The notes under the pieces were generated by a model. That model searched no databases. It had not been told where the DNA came from and saw only the letters and a list, made by a program, of their open reading frames with translations. DNA of 64,000 nt from Acidimicrobiia bacterium (GTDB lineage: Bacteria > Actinomycetota > Acidimicrobiia > IMCC26256 > PALSA-555), in NCBI GenBank assembly GCA_035948415.1, contig DASZJD010000096.1:425-64424 (forward strand), in the 5' to 3' direction. Below, in pieces: positions 25,722 to 33,793 of this stretch. The first letter of the stretch is position 1. Each line of letters opens with the position of its first letter. The position numbers and the translations under genes were made by a program.

Positions 25722-26951
25722 CTACAGGCTGCGCTCGTAGTCGACGATCTCGGCGATCTGCTGGGCGGTAAGCAGGGCGCCGAAGTGGGGCATCCGACCC
25801 GACGAGATGCCCCGGGTGCCGTACGGCTGGTTGGCGGGCACGCCGGCCGTCACCCACTGGACCTGCTGGGTGCGCCCGGTCTGGCCGGGGAACTGGATCA
25901 GGACCGACCCGCCGTTGAGGGGCGGGCCGAAGGCGCCGCTGCCCTGGGCCGCCGGCGCGGGCTGGCTGAGCTTCGTCGGGTCGTTGAAGGACCAGTTCTT
26001 GGTGTGGCAGCGGGCGCAGTTGACCCGGAAGAGGATCGCGCCCTCGCTGAGGCTCTGCACCTCGGCGTTGTTCCGCTGGGCCGCCTGCAGCTGCGCCTGC
26101 AGCTGCGAGACCTGGGCCTGGAAGCTGCTGATGGCCGCGGCCGGCGCGCCCTTGGTCTGGGCCTGCGCGAGCTGGGCCTGCGCCGCGCTCAGGCTCTGGC
26201 TGGTCGTGGTCACGAGGTCGGCCGCCTGCTGCTTGTAGGTCGCGACCGCGGTCGCCGACTCCTTCTGCGCCTGCGTCGGGGAGATCTGGATGCTGTTGAT
26301 GAAGTTCACGAGGTCCTCGATTCCCTGCTCACCGAGGACTCCCTTCCCGCTGGCGACCCCCCATGCGGGCATGGGGGTGCCGGGTCTCCCGTACGTGATG
26401 ATCTGGGTCACCTGATCTCGGGAGAACCGGAACAGCTCGGTGTTCAGCGCCGGCGCCTGCCACGACACCTGCTGCGGGAGGCACTGCGGCACGCTGGCGT
26501 TGCTCTGGTTCTGCGGCAGCTGGCAGAGGTCGGCCTCGGGCGGCAGCGTGAACGGCGCCTGCCCGCCCTCGCCGTGCACGCCGTGGCAGTTGGCGCAGAG
26601 CAGCGACGTCGTGGGGTCATAGAACGGGCTCTGCTGGTTCGCGAACAGCGTGGCGCCGCGGTGGACCGACTCCTTCAGGAACTCGTTGGACGCGGTCGCC
26701 TCCCGGTTGGGCTCGACGAGGAAGTACACGGGCAGCGCCACCGCGAGGACGACCGTGAAGAGGAGGGCCCAGCCGAGGACCCGCTCGAGCTTGCGGCCCT
26801 CGAGGTCCTCGTCGGGCAGGCCCGGGGCCAGGTTCAGCGGCGGGCGCGGCTCGGGGTTCCGACGCAGGCTGACGACGCGCCAGACGACGAAGCCGCCGAG
26901 GGCCAGGACGACGACGCCGTTCAGGACGGCGATCGCGGACTCGAAGCTCAC
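25722..26951 (-). CDS. membrane-anchored diheme cytochrome c
   Basis: 409 aa. Two CxxCH motifs (CANCH, CARCH) with distal Met contexts (GTPMPAW, GRMPHF). N-terminal two-helix anchor and a Q/A-rich linker between the heme domains. Confidence 0.8.
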   Translation of the reverse strand: MSFESAIAVLNGVVVLALGGFVVWRVVSLRRNPEPRPPLNLAPGLPDEDLEGRKLERVLGWALLFTVVLAVALPVYFLVEPNREATASNEFLKESVHRGATLFANQQSPFYDPTTSLLCANCHGVHGEGGQAPFTLPPEADLCQLPQNQSNASVPQCLPQQVSWQAPALNTELFRFSRDQVTQIITYGRPGTPMPAWGVASGKGVLGEQGIEDLVNFINSIQISPTQAQKESATAVATYKQQAADLVTTTSQSLSAAQAQLAQAQTKGAPAAAISSFQAQVSQLQAQLQAAQRNNAEVQSLSEGAILFRVNCARCHTKNWSFNDPTKLSQPAPAAQGSGAFGPPLNGGSVLIQFPGQTGRTQQVQWVTAGVPANQPYGTRGISSGRMPHFGALLTAQQIAEIVDYERSL

Positions 26952-27000
26952 CGCGCCTCGGTCCCCGCCTCGCCGGCGCCGGGCCCGGACGCCGCCGCCG

Positions 27001-27861
27001 TCACACGCACGGCGCGCCTTCCGCCGCCTGCCCGGTGGTGTCGGTGCCGATGGGCGGCCCCTGGATGATGGTGCCGGTGTCGACGACCATCGAGCCGCCC
27101 GACAGCGAGAACGGGAACCGGTCGAGCCCGCGCGGCGCCGGCCCGCCCCGCTTCTCGCCGACCCGGTTGTACTTCGAGCCGTGGCACGGGCACTCGAACC
27201 ACTGCGAGGTCAGGCACCACGGCACCCGGCACCCGAGGTGCACGCACCGCTGGTAGAGGGCGACGTAGCCGAGCTGCAGGCCGCTGAGGATGATGGGCGC
27301 GTAGATCTTCTTCGCCTTCGGGAGCGCGTCCTTCGGGTACGGGTTGATGTACACCTTCGCAGTGGCGTTGTAGTACGGCGTCTTCTTGGCGATGGCGGCG
27401 TCGATGTCCGACTTGTTCCCGATGTTGATCTTGCTGCCGAACCCACCCGCACTCGACGCTCCCGGCCAGAGGAACCCGAGCGCGGCGGCGCCGAAGCCGC
27501 TGACGGCCAGGAGCATGCCGGTCAGGATCCCGCGGTTGAAGAACTGACGACGAGTGATCCCCAGCTCCTCATCGTCGACCGGCTCGTAGCGGGTGACGCC
27601 CCGCTCGCCGGCGGGGACCGGGAGGCCGCCGCCGCTCTCGATGGCGCGTCGCGACTCGTCGGCGCGCTGGCGCGGGTCCTCGCCCGCCACCGGCTCGGCG
27701 CCCTCCGGGGCGCTCGGCGCCGCCTCCGGGGGCGGCTCGCTGGCGTCGGCCCGTCGCGTCTCGCGGCTGAGCCGGCCGGTGGCTCGCCGGCGGGCGGTGC
27801 CGACGACGAACAGCCCCGCCAGCCCGATGAGGACCAGGACGCCGACGATGATGACCGCCAC
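27001..27861 (-). CDS. Rieske [2Fe-2S] subunit
   Basis: CVHLGC and CPCHGS cluster boxes. Internal twin-arginine motif TRRQFFNRG before a second TM helix. GTG start 9 nt after the upstream stop. Confidence 0.85.
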   Translation of the reverse strand: MAVIIVGVLVLIGLAGLFVVGTARRRATGRLSRETRRADASEPPPEAAPSAPEGAEPVAGEDPRQRADESRRAIESGGGLPVPAGERGVTRYEPVDDEELGITRRQFFNRGILTGMLLAVSGFGAAALGFLWPGASSAGGFGSKINIGNKSDIDAAIAKKTPYYNATAKVYINPYPKDALPKAKKIYAPIILSGLQLGYVALYQRCVHLGCRVPWCLTSQWFECPCHGSKYNRVGEKRGGPAPRGLDRFPFSLSGGSMVVDTGTIIQGPPIGTDTTGQAAEGAPCV

Positions 27862-27870
27862 CGATGGCTC

Positions 27871-28713
27871 CTACAGCTCGAAGAACGTCCCGTTGTTCCA
27901 CGGGAAGACGAAGTTGAAGCCCTCGCCGCGGAAGAACGAGCCGATGATGACGAGCACGGCCCAGAGCATGACGAAGATCGTGAAGACCGCGATGGCGAAC
28001 TTCCGGTCCTTCGGGAAGTGCGAGGGGTTCTTGTCGACGTAGGGCGCGACCGCGAGCAGGCCGAGCCCGATCCCCGGGATCGTCACGCCCGCCACCATCG
28101 GGTGGAACATCGTGAGCAGCTCCTGGAGGCCCAGGAAGTACCACGGCGCCTTCGACGGGTTCGGCGTCTTGTTCGTGTCGGCGAGACCCAGCAGCGGAGC
28201 CTTGATGACGGCCGAGAAGATCGTGAGCGCGGCCATGACGATGAGGATCGACGCGAACTCGATGACCAGCAGGTGCGGCCACACGTGCACCTTGTCCTGG
28301 GCCTCGGCGCGCGTCTGCTGGATCGAGCCGGACTTGACGACGGTGAGCAGGCGCTGGGTGTGACCGCCGGGGCCGGTCGCGGTCGGGGCGGGCGGGGCGG
28401 CGACCGCCGTGGCCGCGCCCGCGCCGACGCCCGCCGCCGCGGGGGCGGCCTCGCCGGCGACGGTGGCCCGCCGCTTCTTCGACCGCTCGAGCAGGTGGGC
28501 CGGGATCTTGGCGCCGCCGGGCGTCTCGACGTCCTCGCCGCCGCCCTCGGCCCCCGCGCCGGCGTCCGCGGCCGGTGGGGCCTCGGCCGCGGGGGCTTCG
28601 GCGTCGGCCGCCTCCGCCGCCGGCGCCTCGTCCTCCTCGCCCGGCACCGGGAGCCCCAACGCCTTGCGGCGCTCGCGGGACCGCCGCAGCAGGTGTTCGG
28701 GAACCTCAGCCAC
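27871..28713 (-). CDS. cytochrome b C-terminal half / subunit IV (PetD-like) with ~140-aa N-terminal extension
   Basis: The C-terminal 140 aa have three TM helices and a Qo-loop motif KAPWYFLGLQELL (PEWY position). Strong SD GGAGGAGGAG upstream. Confidence 0.75.
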   Translation of the reverse strand: MAEVPEHLLRRSRERRKALGLPVPGEEDEAPAAEAADAEAPAAEAPPAADAGAGAEGGGEDVETPGGAKIPAHLLERSKKRRATVAGEAAPAAAGVGAGAATAVAAPPAPTATGPGGHTQRLLTVVKSGSIQQTRAEAQDKVHVWPHLLVIEFASILIVMAALTIFSAVIKAPLLGLADTNKTPNPSKAPWYFLGLQELLTMFHPMVAGVTIPGIGLGLLAVAPYVDKNPSHFPKDRKFAIAVFTIFVMLWAVLVIIGSFFRGEGFNFVFPWNNGTFFEL

Positions 28714-28728
28714 GCTCCTCCTCCGTGC

Positions 28729-29526
28729 CTACAGCGGACCCGAGAGGCCGCCGTCCTTGCGGACCCGCCAGAAGTGGACGGCCATGAAGATGACGATGAC
28801 GAACGGCAACAGCAGCACGTGCAGCACGTACCATCGCAGCAAGGTCTGGTCGCCGATCTGCTGCGACCCGAGCAGCACGTATTTGACGCTGCTCCCGAAC
28901 ACGGGCGTGTACCCCATCATGTTCGTGCCCACCGTCACCGCCCAGAGCGCCAGCTGGTCCCACGGGAGCAGGTAGCCGGTGAACGACAGGAGCAGCGTCA
29001 GCGTGAGCAGGATTACGCCGATCACCCAGTTGAACTCCCGGGGGGCCTTGTAGGCGCCGTGGTAGAAGACGCGGCACATGTGCAGGAACACGGTGAGCAC
29101 CATGAGGTGCGCCGCCCACCGGTGCATGTTCCGCACCAGCGACCCGAACGTGACCGCGGTCTCGAGTGTCCGGATGTCGTTCCAGGACGTCGCCGTGGTC
29201 GGCCGGTAGAAGAACATCAGGAAGATGCCGGTCACGGTCAGCAAGATGAAGAGGAAGAACGACATCCCGCCGAGACACAGCGTGTAGGACACCTTCACGG
29301 CGTGCCGCTTCACCTTCACGGGGTGCAGGTGGTACAGCACGTTGTTCATGATCACGTAGGACCGGTTCCGGGGGCTGTCCGTGTAGCCGCGCCGGTACAC
29401 GGAGCCGGGCCGGAAGATGGAGTTCCACGCCTGCGAGCCACGGAGCCGTTCGTCGACCTTGTCGAGCGCGGCCGCGACGCGCACCCGGCCCCGCCCGTTG
29501 CCGTCGCTGCCGTTGCCGTTGGGCAC
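28729..29526 (-). CDS. cytochrome b6-type subunit (cytochrome b N-terminal half)
   Basis: Helix B His pair H-x13-H (MHRWAAHLMVLTVFLH), helix D His pair H-x14-H (HVLLLPFVIVIFMAVH), TLCLGG Cys, PWDQ, and a b6-like C-terminal end ..RKDGGLSGPL. Confidence 0.9.
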   Translation of the reverse strand: MPNGNGSDGNGRGRVRVAAALDKVDERLRGSQAWNSIFRPGSVYRRGYTDSPRNRSYVIMNNVLYHLHPVKVKRHAVKVSYTLCLGGMSFFLFILLTVTGIFLMFFYRPTTATSWNDIRTLETAVTFGSLVRNMHRWAAHLMVLTVFLHMCRVFYHGAYKAPREFNWVIGVILLTLTLLLSFTGYLLPWDQLALWAVTVGTNMMGYTPVFGSSVKYVLLGSQQIGDQTLLRWYVLHVLLLPFVIVIFMAVHFWRVRKDGGLSGPL

Positions 29527-29566
29527 GAACCTGTCTCCTCGCTCGTCGGGGCGCCGGCCGGCGCCC

Positions 29567-29980
29567 CTAGAACCGCACCCCGTACGCGTACCCGTGCCGG
29601 TTCGTGCGGGTGTGCGTGTCGCCGACCGCCTCGTCGCCGCCGAGCTTCCCGAGGATGATCACGCCGGTCGGGCACCGGTCGACACACAGCGCGCAGCGCG
29701 TGCAGACGTCCTCGTCGACGATGAACGCCACGTGGTCGTGCGGGTCCTCGCCCGGCTGGTCAGTCCCGACGGCCTCGGCGATCGCGCCGACCGACACCAT
29801 GTGAATGCACTTCCACGGGCAGATGTCGACGCAGCCCTCGCACAGGATGCACTCGGCCTGGTCGATGTGGAGGAACTGCTTCGGCTTCACCGACTGGGTC
29901 AAGAAGGCCGGGTCCACCTCTTGGAGCTGGTAGTCGGTCACGAAGTCCGGCATGGGGGGATTGGCGTCGGTTCGGGCCAC
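29567..29980 (-). CDS. 2[4Fe-4S] dicluster ferredoxin-domain protein
   Basis: 137 aa with CILCEGCVDICP and CTRCALCVDRCP. No hydrophobic helix or signal peptide. Start is GTG 29980 or ATG 29953. Confidence 0.8.
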   Translation of the reverse strand: MARTDANPPMPDFVTDYQLQEVDPAFLTQSVKPKQFLHIDQAECILCEGCVDICPWKCIHMVSVGAIAEAVGTDQPGEDPHDHVAFIVDEDVCTRCALCVDRCPTGVIILGKLGGDEAVGDTHTRTNRHGYAYGVRF

Positions 29981-29982
29981 GG

Positions 29983-30657
29983 CTACCCCTTCACCCGCAG
30001 CGGCCGACCGAACCGCGACCGCCGAGCCGGTGCGCCCTCAACGGCGGCCGGGGCCTCCCGCACCTCGTGGCGGCGCTGCCACATCACCCACAGCTTCAGG
30101 TTGGCGCCGAGCAACGCGACGTAGATCACCGTCGTCACGACGTCCCGCAGCGCCGGGAAGTCGAGGTTGAAGGGCCAGTGCCAGGGGAGGAACAGCATCT
30201 GCTCGCTGCTCCTCCAGACGAACTTCGTCGTGTCGCCCCACTGCAGGTAGGCGTTGGCGTAGTTCAGCCACTCGCTCGGGACGATGGCGTAGCCGACCAC
30301 GAAGAGCCCGAACACGCCGACGGCGCCGGCGAACGCCTCGGCCCACGTCGCCGGCTCCTCGGGCCCGCGGCCCCGGCTGCTCGCCGCCATGAGGAGCCCG
30401 TGCCCGACCAGCGCGAGGGCGGTGGCCCAGACGACCAGCGTCTGCACGCTCGGGAGCACCCGCGCGCCCACGACGCCGACGACGAGGATGGCCGGGAAGG
30501 CGAGGTAGCCGACACGATCGGGGAACGGCCGCTTCAGGAGGGGGCGCTTCATCATCGTCACCACGAAGATCAGCCCCACGACGAGCGCCAGCGAGCCCCA
30601 GATCAGCCGGCCGGCGGGCCGGATCCACGGCAGCCAGTCGGGCATCAGGTTGGGCAT
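29983..30657 (-). CDS. integral membrane protein, unknown function (first gene of the b6-type operon)
   Basis: 224 aa with about five hydrophobic helices. Its stop is 2 nt before the ferredoxin start. SD-like GAGGAGGAG upstream. Confidence 0.55.
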   Translation of the reverse strand: MPNLMPDWLPWIRPAGRLIWGSLALVVGLIFVVTMMKRPLLKRPFPDRVGYLAFPAILVVGVVGARVLPSVQTLVVWATALALVGHGLLMAASSRGRGPEEPATWAEAFAGAVGVFGLFVVGYAIVPSEWLNYANAYLQWGDTTKFVWRSSEQMLFLPWHWPFNLDFPALRDVVTTVIYVALLGANLKLWVMWQRRHEVREAPAAVEGAPARRSRFGRPLRVKG

Positions 30658-30777
30658 GCCGCCGGTGCTCCTCCTCGTCGGGCCGTCGGGCCCTGGAGAG
30701 CCAGGCCCTCAAGAACCCTTGTCCCGTCGGCGTTCCTACCACGCTAACTGCGGAACCGGCATATCGGGACGCAGCCG

Positions 30778-32064
30778 GTGGTCGGTCCGGCCGACGGCGA
30801 TGGCACGATGTCCGCGATGGGCCCGAGCGACCGCTTCGACGTGCTCGTGGTGGGCGCCGGGCCGTCGGGCGCCGCCGCGGGGGCCTGGCTCGCCGACGCC
30901 GGCCACCGGGTCCTCATCGTCGAGCGCAAGGCGTTCCCTCGCGAGAAGACCTGCGGCGACGGGCTGACCCCCCGCGCCGTCCGCCAGCTCGAGGACCTCG
31001 GCCTCGCCGACGAGCTCGCCCCCCATCTCCGGGTCGAGGGCCTGCGGTCGATCGCCCACGGTGTCACCCTCGAGCTCCGATGGCCCGAGCACCCCGACTT
31101 CCCCGACTACGGGTACGTGATCCGTCGGCGCGACCTCGACACCCTGGTCGCGGACCGGGCGGTGAAGGCCGGGGCCACGCTCCGGACCGGGACCGAGGCG
31201 GTCGAGCCCACGACCGACGGCGGGCTCGTGACCGGCGCCGTGCTGCGCGGAGACGGGGGCACCGAGGCGGTGAGGGCCCGCTACGTGGTCGTCGCCGACG
31301 GCGCCAACTCGCGGTTCGGTCGGGCGCTGGGTACGACGCGCGACCGCAGCTACCCGCTCGGGATGGCGGTGCGCGGATACTTCCAGAGCCCGTACCACGA
31401 CGAGCCGTGGATCGAGAGCCACCTGGACCTCCAGGACCGCCACGGCCACCATCTCCCGGGCTACGGCTGGGTCTTCCCGCTCGGCGACGGGACGGTGAAC
31501 GTCGGCGTCGGGCTGCTCTCGACGTTCGCGGGGTGGAAGGACGTCAACACGACCTCGCTCATGTCGGCGTTCTGCGAGACCGCGCCGGCCCGGTGGCGGA
31601 TCGGCCCCGACACCGCGTGTGGCGCGCCGACCGGCGGCAAGCTCCCGACCGGGCTCTCGGTGTTCCCGAAGGTCGGTCCGACCTGGTGCACGGTCGGGGA
31701 CGCCGCAGGTTCGGTGAACCCGTTCAACGGCGAGGGCATCTCCGTCGCCTACGAGACCGGCCGATTCGCCGCCGAGGCGCTCGACGAGGCGCTGCGCACC
31801 GGCGACGGCCTCGCCCTCCGGCGCTACCCCGAGCGCCTCGAGGCCGAGTACGGGCTGTACTTCAAGGTCGCGCGCTCGTTCGTCCGGGCCATCGGCAACC
31901 CGGCCGTCATGCGCGAGCTGACCCGGGTCGGCTTCCTGTCCCGCTCGCTCATGGAGTGGGTGCTGCGCATCATGGCCAACCTGCTGCGGCCCGACGAGCT
32001 CGGCCCGGCGGAGGCCGCGTACCGGATCGTCGAGCGCCTCGTCGCGATCGGTCCGGAGCCCTAA
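30778..32064 (+). CDS. geranylgeranyl reductase-family FAD oxidoreductase (menaquinone side-chain reductase-like)
   Basis: [18 protein letters not shown] motif, [26 protein letters not shown]. Start is GTG 30778 or ATG 30808. Confidence 0.8.
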   Translation: MVGPADGDGTMSAMGPSDRFDVLVVGAGPSGAAAGAWLADAGHRVLIVERKAFPREKTCGDGLTPRAVRQLEDLGLADELAPHLRVEGLRSIAHGVTLELRWPEHPDFPDYGYVIRRRDLDTLVADRAVKAGATLRTGTEAVEPTTDGGLVTGAVLRGDGGTEAVRARYVVVADGANSRFGRALGTTRDRSYPLGMAVRGYFQSPYHDEPWIESHLDLQDRHGHHLPGYGWVFPLGDGTVNVGVGLLSTFAGWKDVNTTSLMSAFCETAPARWRIGPDTACGAPTGGKLPTGLSVFPKVGPTWCTVGDAAGSVNPFNGEGISVAYETGRFAAEALDEALRTGDGLALRRYPERLEAEYGLYFKVARSFVRAIGNPAVMRELTRVGFLSRSLMEWVLRIMANLLRPDELGPAEAAYRIVERLVAIGPEP

Positions 32065-32186
32065 CCGACGCGCCCACGATGCCGTCGCCGTCGCGGCTGG
32101 TCGCCGACCAGCCGGCTTTCCTGCCCGCCAGAGACGTCCGATAGCCTGCGCGCGCCGGCGTCCCTCGGCCGACTTGGAGGGTCCGC

Positions 32187-32654
32187 GTGACGCAGTACCT
32201 GCCGATTTTGGCGATGGTCGTCTTGGTGCTGCTCTTCGTGAGCCTCTCGTTCGCGGTGTCGGGCCTGCTCGGCCCGCGCCGGCGGCCGACGTCGGCGAAG
32301 GAGGCGCCGTACGAGTGCGGGATCGTTCCCGAGTCCGAGCCCGCGGAGCGCTTCCCGGTCCGGTTCTACCTCGTCGCGATGGTGTTCATCGTCCTCGACG
32401 TCGAGATCATCTTCCTCTACCCGTTCACGACCGTCCTGAAGTCGCTCGGCGCCTACGGGCTCGTCGCGATGGGCGTCTTCCTGCTGGTGCTCCTCGTCCC
32501 GTTCGGGTACCTCCTGTCCACGGGCGCGGTGGAGTGGGGACCGGCCCGCCGCGGCGTCACGCGCGTCGCCCCGCGGCGGATCGTGAGGGTCCGCGGCAGG
32601 CCGGGTCGCCACGGGCTGGACCCCAGCCGGACGTCGGGCGAGGAAGCCGCCTGA
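32187..32654 (+). CDS. nuoA: NADH-quinone oxidoreductase subunit A
   Basis: GTG lies 6 nt after GGAGG. Motifs PYECG and [13 protein letters not shown]. 155 aa with a ~35-aa basic C-terminal tail. Confidence 0.9.
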   Translation: MTQYLPILAMVVLVLLFVSLSFAVSGLLGPRRRPTSAKEAPYECGIVPESEPAERFPVRFYLVAMVFIVLDVEIIFLYPFTTVLKSLGAYGLVAMGVFLLVLLVPFGYLLSTGAVEWGPARRGVTRVAPRRIVRVRGRPGRHGLDPSRTSGEEAA

Positions 32655-32656
32655 CG

Positions 32657-33226
32657 ATGGGGCTCGAGCAGATTCCTCACAACTTCCTCACCGGGCGCCT
32701 CGAGGACCTCGTGCGATGGGCGCGACAGCGGTCGATGTTCCCAGCCACGTTCGGGCTGGCCTGCTGCGCGATCGAGCTGATGGCCGTCGGCGGCGCCCAC
32801 TACGACTTGGCGCGCTTCGGCATGGAGATCTTCCGGGCCAGCCCGCGTCAGGCCGACCTCATGATCGTCGCCGGGCGGGTGAGCCAGAAGATGGCTCCGG
32901 TGCTCCGGCAGGTCTACGACCAGATGGTCGACCCGAAGTGGGTGATCTCGATGGGCGTCTGCGCCAGCACCGGCGGCATGTTCAACAACTACGCGCTGGT
33001 GCAGGGCGTTGACCAGATCGTCCCCGTCGACGTGTACGTGCCGGGGTGCCCGCCCGGTCCCGAGACCCTGTTCCACGGCATCCTGACCCTCCACCAGCAG
33101 GTCCGGACCGGCGAGCTGCTGCGGCGGCGGCAGGCGACCGGCGCCGGCGCCGGCCTCCAGGTCGGGCAGCGGGACGGGATCCCCTCCCACGTCCAGCCGA
33201 TCCCGGTGCGCCGGAAGTCGGCCTGA
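32657..33226 (+). CDS. nuoB: NADH-quinone oxidoreductase subunit B
   Basis: [18 protein letters not shown] and VPGCPP (cluster N2 ligands). ATG 32657 within tracked ORF 32174..33226. Confidence 0.9.
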   Translation: MGLEQIPHNFLTGRLEDLVRWARQRSMFPATFGLACCAIELMAVGGAHYDLARFGMEIFRASPRQADLMIVAGRVSQKMAPVLRQVYDQMVDPKWVISMGVCASTGGMFNNYALVQGVDQIVPVDVYVPGCPPGPETLFHGILTLHQQVRTGELLRRRQATGAGAGLQVGQRDGIPSHVQPIPVRRKSA

Positions 33227-33244
33227 CCGACGCAAGCGCAGGCG

Positions 33245-33793
33245 ATGGCCACCGAGCACGAGCAGGGCGCGACGCCCCCGGGCGACACCGTCGACGAGGT
33301 CGCGGCGGCCGTCGCGGCGCGCTTCCCGGGCAGCGTGGTGTGGGTGTCGCACGGCCAGCCGGTCGTCTACGTCGACCGGCCCGCCTGGCGCGGCGTGGCG
33401 GTGTTTCTGCGGGACGACGAGCGGTTCACGCAGTGCCTGGACGTCACCGCGGTCGACCACCTGGTCGACGAGGAGCGGGTCGCCGTCCCCGGCGTCACCG
33501 TGGAGCGGTTCGAGGTCGTCGCCAACTTCCTGTCGCACCCGCGCAACCGCCGCCTCCGGGCCATCTGCGAGGTGCCGGAGGGGGACGCCTCGGTCGCCAG
33601 CCTGAGCGGCCTCTATCCCGGCGTGAACTTCGCTGAGCGCGAGGTGTTCGACCTGTTCGGCATCGTGTTCGAGGGCCATCCCGACCTCACCCGGATCCTG
33701 ATGCCGGACGACTGGGTCGGGTACCCGCTGCGCAAGGACGACGCCCCGGCTCGGATCCCGGTCGAGTTCAAGGGCGATCCGGCCCCGCGATGA
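33245..33793 (+). CDS. nuoC: NADH-quinone oxidoreductase subunit C
   Basis: [37 protein letters not shown]. Confidence 0.9.
   Translation: MATEHEQGATPPGDTVDEVAAAVAARFPGSVVWVSHGQPVVYVDRPAWRGVAVFLRDDERFTQCLDVTAVDHLVDEERVAVPGVTVERFEVVANFLSHPRNRRLRAICEVPEGDASVASLSGLYPGVNFAEREVFDLFGIVFEGHPDLTRILMPDDWVGYPLRKDDAPARIPVEFKGDPAPR

Noticed and set aside
26650-29658. 1002-aa plus-strand ORF spanning the cytochrome c, Rieske, subunit IV and b6 region
   Set aside because: It is antisense to four genes with clear family motifs. Its Arg/Asp/Glu/Gly/Pro-rich low-complexity product is what the complement of membrane-protein codons gives in stop-poor high-GC DNA.
24605-30657. Alternative complex III (ActABCDEF-type) or canonical actinobacterial qcrCAB
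   Set aside because: There is no molybdopterin-like Fe-S subunit and no pentaheme subunit, and Rieske and cytochrome b are present, so it is not ACIII. Cytochrome b is split and b6-like, and the cytochrome c is N-terminally anchored, so it is not standard qcrCAB.
32065-32186. Rex operator upstream of nuoA1 (also checked at 50542-50672 for nuoA2 and 30658-30777 for the b6-type operon)
   Set aside because: No TGTGA...TCACA-type palindrome is visible by eye in these intergenic regions. Only the rex-proximal site qualifies.
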